Assembly: GCA_043811535.1 (NCBI GenBank)
Contig: JBDRNC010000021.1
Coordinates: 32,001-96,000 of the forward strand
Origin: Elusimicrobiota bacterium
GTDB taxonomy: Bacteria; Elusimicrobiota; Endomicrobiia; Endomicrobiales; JBDRNC01
DNA length: 64,000 nucleotides
Direction: 5' to 3'
Shown here: in pieces, positions 46,601-58,600 of the stretch
Position numbering within the stretch: position 1 is the first letter of the stretch
Layout of the letters: each line of letters opens with the position of its first letter
Notes under the pieces: generated by a model
What the model was told of the DNA's origin: nothing
What the model saw: only the letters and a program-made list of their open reading frames with translations
The model's database searches: none
Program-made: the position numbers and the translations under genes

Positions 46601-49600
46601 TATTATTATATTAATTCCGAGCCGCCGGCGGCAGTCACTAATTTGAAAGCGTTTGCGGGCGGTATAGAAGGCACGGTGAAGCTCGAATGGTCCATGCCCG
46701 GCGACGATGAGTGGACAGACGCTCTTCCGTCCGGCTCAAAATTCAAGGTGCAGTATTCAACTTCTTCGAACGGTTTTCCTCCAAATCCATGGAACTTTAA
46801 CGCCGCGCAGGTAGCAGTTTCCACTTCAGGCGTCCAGCCGACAACCCTGGTAAATTATACAATTACGGGGCTTACAGGCGGCGGTACATACTACTTTAAG
46901 ATTTGGCACGCCGATGAGATCCCGAACTGGTCAGAGCTTTCAAACACGGCCACCGGATACGCGAAGGATAACGCGGGGGTGATAGTTTCAACCGGTTCGG
47001 TTGATTTCGGGAACGGCAATGGGATCAATGGCAGGAATATCGTAAGGACTTCCAACGGAGACCTCTATCACGCGTATATTAGGAAATACGCCACAAAGCC
47101 GAGAATATTTGTGTCCCGTTCCATCGATAACGGCTTGACCTGGTCCGACGCAACAGTTACTCCAATAGATTACCAGGGAGGATCGGGCGGCACTAACATT
47201 ACGGAATCAGCGCTAGCCGTGGACAGCAAAGATGTCCTACATCTCGCGTATTGTTCCAGCGACAACGGCACGCCGGCAAATGAAGGAGTGTTCTATTCTT
47301 CCGCGTCCGCGCCGCCGGGCACGAGTTGGACAACTGCCGTAAAAATGCCCGGTTCATATCCGTACAATGGCTATGAGCACGGCCCTAATATAGCGGTGGC
47401 ATCGGATAACAGCCTGCACATGGTATGGTATGGAGAAGACGGGGCAGGGAACACAAATGACGTAATAAGGTATTCGTCAAAAACAGCGGATAGTAATTCA
47501 TGGAACAATTATCAGTTATTGCCGGGCGGCGGACTTGTCGGCATATTCCAGCCGAAGCTGGCTATTGATAACCGCAACGGCCTGCATGTGGTAATGACAA
47601 GGGAAAATGCGGCGGGAACACAGCTGCACTACCGCATCGCCTACACATCAAAAACATTGACGGATTCCGCGTGGGTGCCCCTATATGATATCGTTGACTT
47701 CACCGGTTCAGGCAGATTCCAGGGGACCCCGGCAATAGTGGTGGATTCCACTACTATTCATGTGGTATGGACCGGCCAGGATGACGAGAACACAGTCAAC
47801 TATCAGATAAAGTATTCGTCTAAATCTATCACCGGCTCATCGTGGTCTGACTGGGTAAACATCCAGACGATTAGCGAGGCGCCGCAGTATGAACCGGCCA
47901 TCACGGCGGATGCGGGCGGTCAAATATACGTCGTGTGGTCCGGGAGCGATTCCGCGAATAATATCATGAATATTAAAGGCTCCAAATACAGCGCCGGCGC
48001 GTGGGGCAGCTGGACGAATATCAGCAACGGCGGCGGCAATCAAACCCGCCCGACATTACGCTGGTCCGGCTGGTTCAATAACGAAGGCAACCTCAATTTG
48101 GGCTGGGTTTCAAAGGTAGGATCGGATTATCAGATACGCTCATATACCGATTATACAGTCAACATGAGCACCGGTTTCCTCGCGGATAAAATTGGGCCGG
48201 CGATAGTTACCAACCTGACCGCCCAAGCTGGCACCGTTGAAGGCCGGATACAGTTAACGTGGTCCATGCCCGGCGACGATGGATGGTCAGGCGCTCTTCC
48301 GCCCGGTTCAAATTTCAGCATTCAATATTCTTCTTCATCTGACGGCAACCCTCCCAGCCCCTGGTCTTTCTCCATGCCGCAGATATCAATGTCCACCTCA
48401 GGCGTCCAGCCCGGTACCTTGGTCAATTACGCCATTACCGGCCTTACCGGCGGCAGCACTTATTATTTCAAAATCTGGGTCAACGACGCCAACGCCAACT
48501 GGCAGGGAGGCCTTTCCAATACGGCCACGGGCTGGGCCATGGATAACGCGGGAGTAATTGTCTCTACCGGTGAGATGGTATTCACGGGAGACAGGCCCAT
48601 CGTCAGGGCATCAAACGGGGATATGTATGTCGCATACACAAAGACGGTCAGCGGATACGAGCACGTTTTCGTCGCCAAATCTTTTGACGACGGAAAAACC
48701 TGGTCGGACACTAACGGCGGAATTTCCATAGAGAATACCGGCAGCTATGGCCAAAGCAGTCCGTCGCTCGCAATAGATTCAAAAGATGTGATCCACTGCG
48801 CGTGGTCCGGATATGACGGGTCTTATGTCGCCAACTCCCAGGTAAAATACTGCAATTCCGGAAACGGCGGCACTTCATGGTCAGGTTGGATCAACCTCTC
48901 AGATTACATCTCGTACGGGCAAGGCGCTCCGTCGCTTGTCATCGATTCCAAGGATGAGTTGCATTGCCTTTGGGACGGCGGCGATCCTTCATATGCCAAT
49001 AGCCAGATCAAATATAGTTCATCTACTACAGGCGCCTCGTGGAGTATCCCCGCGAATATCCAGGTATTGTCGGGACGCACCCAGGTAAACGCCAGCGCGG
49101 CCGTTGACGCCAAGAACAACATCCACGTTTTCTGGGAAGGCTTTGACGACACGTATACCGCAAACAAGCAGATTAAGTATTCCATACGGCTGTCGACAAG
49201 CGCGTCATGGTCTACTTGGGTTAATATCGCCGTTGACGTCGGCGGCCAGGAGATGTTCCCGAGTTCCGTCATTGATTCAAGCCAGGTTGCGCATTGCGTC
49301 TGGCAGGATTATACGTCCGGCGTGAACCAGGTCAAATACAGTTCTTCAACTATAGGAAGCGGGGTATGGACAACGGCGCAGAATGTGCAGTATATCGCGA
49401 CAATTCATCAATATAACCCTACGATAACCGTGGACTCGGCGGACGAACTTTACTGCCTATGGCTGGGAAGCGATACTGCCAGCTCGATCCGGCAGATAAA
49501 AGGCTCAAAAAATCTAGGGGCCGGATGGACTTCTTGGGCCAACATAAGCAATGGATGTTATGACCAGATAGGCCCTGCGGCGCGCTGGTCGGGATGGAAA

Positions 49601-52600
49601 TTGAATGAGGGATATCTGAATTTTGTTTGGGTGAGCCCGGGCCCGGTTGACAGCGACCACGGGAGCATCAGATTCTACACGGATTATTCAGTAAACATGA
49701 GCACGGGCTTCATCGCGGACAAAACCGGGCCGGCGATAGTTACGAACCTGACAGCGTCCGGGGGTTATAAAGAGAACTCGATAATGCTTACCTGGTCGGC
49801 TCCCGGCGATGACGGATGGGCAGGCGCTCTTCAGCCGGGATCGAATTTCAGCATTCAGTATTCTTCTTCATCGGACGGAAATCCTCCCAGCCCCTGGAGT
49901 TTCGCCGTTCCGCAGATAATGATGTCGACTTCGGGTGTCCAGCCCGGCACCCTGGTCAATCATGTCATTACCGGTCTTACCGGCGGAAACACTTATTACT
50001 TCAAGATCTGGGTCAACGACGAAGAAAGCAACTGGCAGGGAGGCCTTTCCAATACAGCGACCGGTTATGCGCAGACAAACGCGGGTGTGATTGTTTCAAC
50101 GGAAACATCAAGCGTCGGAATGGTCGGTTTCGGGAGAAAGATCGTACGGGATAATTCGGGTAATATGTATTTCGCGTATACCCGGACGATTAGCTCGTTT
50201 GAACGCGTTTACGTCGCTAAATCAGTAGATGAAGGGGCGACATGGACAAATACGAACGGGGGGCAACCGATAGAGAGTGTGGGCCCGGGTAATTACAGCC
50301 AGAGCTATCCTTCACTGGCAATTGATTCAAATAATATTCTGCACTGCATATGGGGCGGCAGGGACAGCGTAAATAGCTTTGACCAGATTAAATATTCCAG
50401 TTCCACTAATGCCGGTTCTACATGGGGCGCTTGGCAGAATATCCAGGTGATAACAGGATACACTCAATATATGGCCTCGCTTTTCGTTGATTCCCATAAC
50501 GGACTGCATTGCGTTTGGACCGGCATGGACAATGTCAATACCGCAAAATATCAGATTAAATACAGTTCACGCGCGACCGGCGGCAGTTGGTCGGACTGGG
50601 TCAATGTAGGTGTTGTTGCCGGCTATGACCAGAGTGATGCCTCGCTGGTGGTTGATTCCCACAACAACCTGCATTGCGTATGGGATGGATGGGATAGCGT
50701 AAACACCGCGAACTGGCAGGTCAAGTACAGTTCCCGCTCGGCGGACGGTTCAACATGGTCAGACTGGTCAAATATTACGGCAATCGCCGGATTCAGCCAA
50801 TGGAAGCCGTCCCTTGCGATTGATTCGCAGGACATCCTGCATTGCGTATGGAATGGAACGGACGCCGGAAACGCGCAATATCAGATCAAGTACAGTTCTG
50901 TCAGTGCCGGGGAAAGCCAGTGGAGCTCTTGGACCAATATCCAAACAATTTCAGGACGCAATCAATACAACCCTTCTATAGCTGTTGACGCCAACGATAA
51001 CCTGCACTGCGTATGGAATGGATATGACTCGGCGAACACTAATATTTTTCAGATAAAGTATTCAAGCCGCAGCAGTACAGGCTGGAGCCAGTGGGCCAAC
51101 CTGTCGCGGGGGCTGGTCGACCAGCAAAACGCAAGCCTTCGCTGGAGCAATTATTTCAATAATACAGGCAAGCTTGGCATCGGATGGGTTGATTATAACG
51201 GCACAACCCGCAAAGTCAGGTATCTACAGGATAATAATACCGACATGAGAACGGGCGCCGATGCCACGCCGCCGGATCCTGTCAATACACTGGCGGCAAT
51301 TACCGGCCAGTTTAAAGGAATGGTAAATCTTTCATGGACCTCTCCGGGCGACGACGGCATCACAGGTATCCTCCAGCCGGGTTCGCGGTTCAGCGTGCAG
51401 TATTCCACCTCTCCCGCCGGAACACCCCCGGGGTCATGGGACCATTCCTTCGCGCAGGTGGTTGTTTCAACTTCGGGTAATCCTGTTATGCCGGCATCGC
51501 GTATCGTCACCGGGCTGACAAATGGGTCAACGTACTATTTCAAGATATGGTACGGCGATGAGACCCCGAACTGGTCGGGACTTTCCAATACGGCCACATC
51601 GTGGGCGCAGGTTGACAACGTAGGGCCCGCCATCGTGACAACTCTAAGCGCGGAGCAGGGTGATTGGGTTGGTTCGGTGCGTCTGGTATGGGAAGCGCCC
51701 GGCGACGACGGCTGGGCAGGAACGCTTGTTTCCGGCAGCGAGTTTATTATCGAATATTCGACAAGTCCGAATAATTGGGGCAATCCCGCTCAGGTGATTG
51801 TTTCAACTTCAGGAATTGATCCGCATTCCATATGCAGCGAAAGGGTGGGCGGCCTTGATCCGGGCGTGACGTATTATTTCTGTATTGATGTTAAAGACGA
51901 AATCGGCATATATTCCGGCCTGTCAAGCACCATTACCGCGTGGGCGGCTGTTCCCGCGGAGGGCATGGATTCGCTGACTCAATACAACGGCGGAGCCGAC
52001 GGCTGGATGTCAAGGTTCAGCGGCGGCAGTTTCGGAGATGATGTTTATAATTCTGTTACTACTGATCCTTCTGGAAACGTGATCGCCGCGGGATACACGG
52101 GAATCGGAGCCAATCAGGATATATTGGTGAAGAAATTCAATTCTTCAGGAACTGTTCTCTGGACGCGGTATTACAACAGCGCAGCGAACGGCTATGACGC
52201 GGCAAACGGCGTCGCGGCCGACCCGAGTGGCAATATCATAGTCGCTGGATACACGCAGAGGACTGACCTGGCCGAGGGCTACAATATCTGGGTGAGGAAA
52301 TACGACAGCAACGGCACTGTGCTCTGGACGGATACGTATAACAGTCCTGCCGATGACTATGACAGCGCGCAAAGCGTTTCGGTAGATGTCGGGGACATTA
52401 TATATGTAGTAGGCAGTATCAAGAGATCGGATATCAGCGAGGACGACAATATATGGCTCAGAAAATATAATCCGAACGGGAATATTGTCTGGACTTCAAC
52501 TTACGCAAGCGTTGGCAACTATAGCGATATCGGGAAAAGTGTGTATGTAAAGGGCGGCAATGTCTATGTAGCCGGGGAAGTGTACAACATTGCGACCGGT

Positions 52601-55600
52601 TATGATATCTTCGCGGCAAGATTTAACGATGCCAACGGCCTTCTGCAGATGGCTACGACTTTCACGGGCGCGGGTAGTTTCGCCGATTACGGCAACGGGA
52701 TAACCGCGGATTCATTGGGAAATTTCTTTGTGGCGGGGAGCTATTATGATTCTGTCAACAGCAAACAGGTCGGATGGGTGAGCGAATTTAATTCCGCGGG
52801 TGTCCTGGTAGCTACTAAGACTTACGCGGGCGGTGCGAACACTAATTCGGCTCAATCGGTCGCTTTAGACGGTAACGGCGCTTTGTATTTTACGGGATAC
52901 GAAGAGGTCTCCGATCCTGATTACAGGATATGGACGATGAAACTCGGCGTTAACGGATTGACGAACTGGACAACGTACTACCAAAGCATAAGCGACATGA
53001 ACTCAGGGAACAGCGTGACCGTGGTCAGCTCGAGCATAGTATATGTCGCTGGAACTACATATATATCCGGGGAAAACAAAAATACGTGGCTGCGCAAATA
53101 CATACAGCATTATCCGAACGCCGTGCCGGGTGGTTACTGCTCTTCCACGCAGACAGCCACGTCAATAAGATGGGACTGGGCTGACAACGCCACGAACGAG
53201 GCCGGTTACCGCGTTAAACTATCATCACCCGTCTATGATCCTATTAACCTGAGTCACTCCGGGGATCTCGCGATAGACGCCACGTACTGGATGCAGACGG
53301 GCCTTATTCCCAACACATCATACACGACTTATGTTGAGGCCTTCACGTTCTGGGGTTCAACGCCGAGTTTCGCGGCCTCAACATGCACGGCCGCCAATCC
53401 GCCGCTGAATTCGCGTGTGGTTTCAAGGTCTTCCGACACCATTACGATTCAATGGGACGCGAACAATAATCCGGGTTACACGAGATGGGGTGTATGGTAT
53501 TCAACGGATAATTTTGTAGGAAGCTTACAGCCGCTGTTTATTTTCGGGAACAATTTCACCGGTTACTCGACAACGCATGATACCCTGATGCTTGAGACGA
53601 CTTACTGGTACAGGGTCGCCGCGTACAATGAAAACTCGCTCATGACCGATTATGATACGTATTTTGCCACTCAGACGATAGACAATATTCCTCCTCCAAT
53701 TATTAATGTGACAGCCAATACCGGCGCGGGCGAAGGACAGGTAGCATTAAACTGGCTCACGGGCAGCGACAACGGATTTAGTGATCCGCTTCCTCCCGGC
53801 TCGCAGTACAGGATACAGTATTCAACGGATTCCGTTTACCCGTGGAACCTGAATACCGCGCAAATCGTAATTTCAACGTACGGCATAACGCCGGCTACCC
53901 CAGTTTACTATACGGTTAAGGGCCTGAAGGGCGGCGACACCTATTACTTCAAACTCTGGACAGCAGACGAAATTCCAAACTGGACGGGCTTGAGCCAGAC
54001 CGCCACGGCCTATGCCGGCGGGGATATCCTGGTACATGTTTGGAACGGCGGCGGTCTATCGCAACAAGCCTCTGACGAGGATAACTGGGTCAACAGCTCC
54101 GCGCCGGATCCCGGCGACAGGGTGGAATTCGTCGTAGCGTACAGCGTCAAGAACTGCAATTGGGACCTGCCCATAGCGATAAGCACGATGTTCGTGCAAG
54201 CAGCGTACTCGCAAGCTGTCACGATAACCAGTTTTGTGTATGTCTCCAATTACCTTGATTTTGAGGGAGACAACACGTTCATGGTTATTGCGAGCAGCAT
54301 CGCTTTAGGCGGAGACCTCTACATTACGAAATCCAACTTGTTCGACGTCAGGACAAGCACGGTATATTTTACAGGGACATCGCCGGCCGGGTTTAAGACC
54401 ATCAACACGATGGCCCTGTACGGCCCCGCGACTTTCTGGACGCTTATTTTTAACACGCCCGAAACGGTTTACGCGAATAATAAAGAATTCAAGATTTTCG
54501 GCAATATAGATTTCGTTGACGGCACGTTTGACACTTCCGGTTCCACCGTAAACTTCTGCGGCAACCTGACGCGCACGGGCGGCAACCAGGTGCAGGCGAC
54601 AAGCGGCATTTGGATAATAGACGGCGGCGCCAACCAGTCAATGGATCCCAATAACAGTCATTTCTGGAACCTTGAAATCGACAAGGTCAGCCAGAGCACG
54701 GTGACATTTGCCGGATTAGCGTGCATCGACAACGATATTTCGATCAAAAACGGCGTGCTGGCGTGGGGATCGCAGAATGTGGAGCTTGCCGGGAACCTGA
54801 ACGTCTATTCGCCCGCTCAATTACAAGGCGGCAACGGCACGTTAAGGCCCGTAGGAAGCAAGAATACCATTATAGACATGCCGAGTTACGTGAAAATCAA
54901 ATGCCCCGTTTATATTGATAAAGACGCGTCAGGATACACTGTAAGTATCGCTTCGCCTTCCCTTGAAATAGTCGGCAGTTTAGACGTCTTTATCGGCCAT
55001 CTGGATATTACGAACAAGGCACTCAAAGTAAGAGGAATAGTCAGGAGCGGCAGCGGCATCATGAGCGTCGCGGGTTCAACCGTGATAGTTACGGGCGACA
55101 ATTATTCGCTTACGGGAACCACTCTGCCGTTCAATGTCCTTATCATAGATAATCCGGGCGCCTCTACCGGTTTGAGTTTTAACGGCGGGATTACAAATGT
55201 CTGGGACTACTTCACTATTACCCCTAATTCGTACGCCAAGATTGTTTCCGGCGCAAGTCTTATCGTAGAACACGATATAGATGTTAATGGAAAATTCGAA
55301 GTGACGCAGGGAACGGTGGGTACGCACGGGAACATCGCGGTTGATAAAGACGGCTCGATAGACATGACCAATTTAAGCCAGGGAATACTTACGGCTGAAA
55401 AAACGCTCAAGCTGAAAGAAGGATCGATTTTGAAGACCGGTTCCATGAGCGATGTGATCTGCTCAACTTCAACGGATACCTATTTCGGTTTTGAGGTTGC
55501 CGGAGGAAGCATTGATATAAGCGGTCTGTCCATATTCAACCTGAATGCATCAGGGCTTGTTATAAGCTCGTATTCGTATGTTTTGAATTTAAGTTCGGTA

Positions 55601-58600
55601 AACTTTAATGATTGCGAGCCCTACGGCAAGGCGCTGAACTTCCAGTTGGCCGGCACCGGGGAATACTCGTTCACGAATATTGATTTCGACTCATCCGTGT
55701 CCACCAATATTTATGTACCCGATCTGGTTTATCCCGGTTACGTCAAAATGCTGGATTCAAAAGGCGTGAAAGCGGGCTATCAGTATGAAGTTGACCCGAA
55801 CAATGTCGTGTTCTGGTCGACGGCAATACCGCCGGTCAGTTTTGCGGGAGTTACGCCCACGACGTATTCGATTACGTGGGACTGGACGAGCCTTGTTCCT
55901 GACTCACTATTTTACAGGGTCTTTGCCTCCACCGGCGGCATGCAGAGCCCGGTCATGACTGCCGTGTCGGCCTGGACGGAAGAGGGCCTGATGCCGAATA
56001 CCTCGTACCAACGCTACGTGGACGTCTATAATCCGATACAGGTAAGCTCTCAGTCACCGAGTGCGTTTAAATGGACACTTACCAACAAGCCGCTGGGCAC
56101 TTATATCGCGGGCAGGTCGTCATACAGCATAACGCTTGACTGGCAGATCAACAACAATCCGCCGCTTGAAACCCAATATCTCATAAATTATTCCACGGAC
56201 GGCGCTTTCGTCCAGTGTTCCACCGCGTCATATTACGCCCCGAACAACGCTATTACGGGTCTTGACCCGTACACGACGTATTACATCCAGATACGCGCCA
56301 GTAATAAGGAAGGAGCTCTGACCTCTTATGACACGATGGTGACCACTGCGACCCATCCTCCGTATATCGCTCCGATTTCCACGGTGACATATCCCGTAAG
56401 CGGCAACGCCTACAATTCGCTCCCGACGATATTCGGAACGGCTTTTGTGGTCGCGCCGGCTACTGTCGCGGTCGTGTACATAGAGCTGTACAATGTTAAC
56501 GATGACCTGTATTATGACGGCGGCGCATTCAATGACAATACGCCCGAGTGGCTCCCAGCCACAGGTAAAGGCGAATGGACTTACGCGGTTCCCGCGCTGA
56601 CCAGCGAAAAGCTTTACAGGATACGCACTTACGCCAAAGACGATTACAACAGGGATGAAACGCCCGGGCCGGGGTGGTTCATAACTTTCGATACGAACAC
56701 GCCGGTTTCTTATATACAGAAACCCGTAAATAACAGCGTGTTTTCAGCGCTCGCGTTAGTTTCTGGAACGGCTGACGATGTCGAGACAAGCATACAAAAT
56801 GTTGAGATACGGCTTTACAGCCAGACGAACAACAATTATTACGACGGGACGCAGTGGGTCGTGGATCCGTCAACGTGGCTTGCGACGGATTTTGCGGCTC
56901 CTACATGGGATTATACGCTGCCGGCGCTGACATCCGGGTATTACATGCTTAACGCCAGGGCGCTGGACAAAGCGAATAACTATGAACCGGTTTTCACGAC
57001 ATCCACTTTCTACATGCTCGGCCACGCGGTGCGTTTACTTGTGACTGCTCCGGGGCAGACGCTCGCGCAGGGCTCGGTTCCCGGCAAGATCGGAACTCCC
57101 ACTTCACGGGTAGCCGGCGTGCCGTTTGATGTGACTGTCTACGGCGTTGACACTAACTATTACGTTGATACGACGACAAACTCGCAAGTGACGATAGTCA
57201 CTTCCGACGATCCGTACAATAACGAGCCCGTGCCTTTGGATCTTGTCGGCGGGACAAGAACCTTCGCCGTCACGCTGCTGAAAGCGACAACCTCCTCGTG
57301 GGTGACCGCATTGTCGCAGGATTTGATAAGCGATACGACCGGTTGCATAGTTAATTCAAATAACCCGGCCAAACTGCAGCTGCTGTTGCCGGGTCAGGCC
57401 ATGGATCCGGGTTCATCATCCGGTTCGGGAAAATCCGGGGACGCGGATGTAACGCTCGCGGGGGCGTCGTTTGAAGCCACAGTAAACCTTACAGATAATT
57501 ACTGGAATCTTTCTACGGCGGCTTCTCCGGTGGTAGGACTTGTCGCTTCGGATATATACGCGGTCATTTCCGATTCGCAGACGCTAGTTAACGGGACAAC
57601 AGTATTCTCTTTGACGCTTGTGACCGCTTCTACGCCGTCTTACACAACGATAACCGCGGGCGATAACGCCGCGGCATATGCCACGAACGCTTCCACGATT
57701 ACAGTTATTCCGAATACAGGGACGAAGCTTCTGGTAGTGCTGCCCGGCGAGAGTTTTGCCCCGGGCGTGCCTCCTTATACCGAAAGTTCGGTCGGCGGAA
57801 AATCCGGCTCGCCGTCAAACTTGCCGATTCTTACTCCGTTCTACGTGACCGTACGGGCCACTGACGACTGGTGGAACATTCAGCCCTCAAGCAATCCCAA
57901 CGTAGTGATACTGACATCAGACCCGAACGACGCCGACGGAGGAAGCGCGCCGCTCCTGGACGGTGAAAACCAGTATCCTTTGACGTTCGCTACCGAAGGC
58001 GCGTGGCAGGTTAACGCTTCGGGAGTTGATTTCGTAGCGCTTTCATGCACGAGTTCGTTCGTCAACGCGCTTGACGCGACGCCTCCGTGCGCGGTATCAA
58101 ACCTTACCGCGATTTTGGGCCCCGCGCACGGGACAGTGCGGCTTATGTGGACGGCTCCGGGCGACAACGGTTCAAGCGGCAACATATCAGGCGGCCAGAT
58201 TTGGATACGCTATTCCGACGGCGGGCAGGTAACGGATTTCGGTTCGCCTTTGGCCACATGGGGTGAGAGACTGGTTTCAACCGATACTACGGTAAATACC
58301 GTTCAGAGCATAATAGTAACAGGACTGACGCCCTGGACGACTTATTACTTCGCGATTAAGGTTTCCGACGGGTTGAACTTCGGCTCATGGTCAACCTCGG
58401 GCGTGAATACCGCTAATTACGCGCTTGCCAAAGACACGGCGCTGCCGACTATCACGAACCTGCAGTCAGGCGATTACAATTGGAGAAGCGTGGATCAGGG
58501 TAATATTTATAATGTAGATTTTGAGGACTTGGATTCCGGCCTGGGTGAGATTGAATACGCCGCTTATACAGGCCTAAACCTGACCGGCAGTCAGCGCATT

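Noticed and set aside
48150..50100. Near-duplicate segments in the giant gene as a DGR template/variable repeat pair
   Set aside because: Differences are mostly synonymous and not adenine-specific, both copies are coding, and no reverse transcriptase is in the window.
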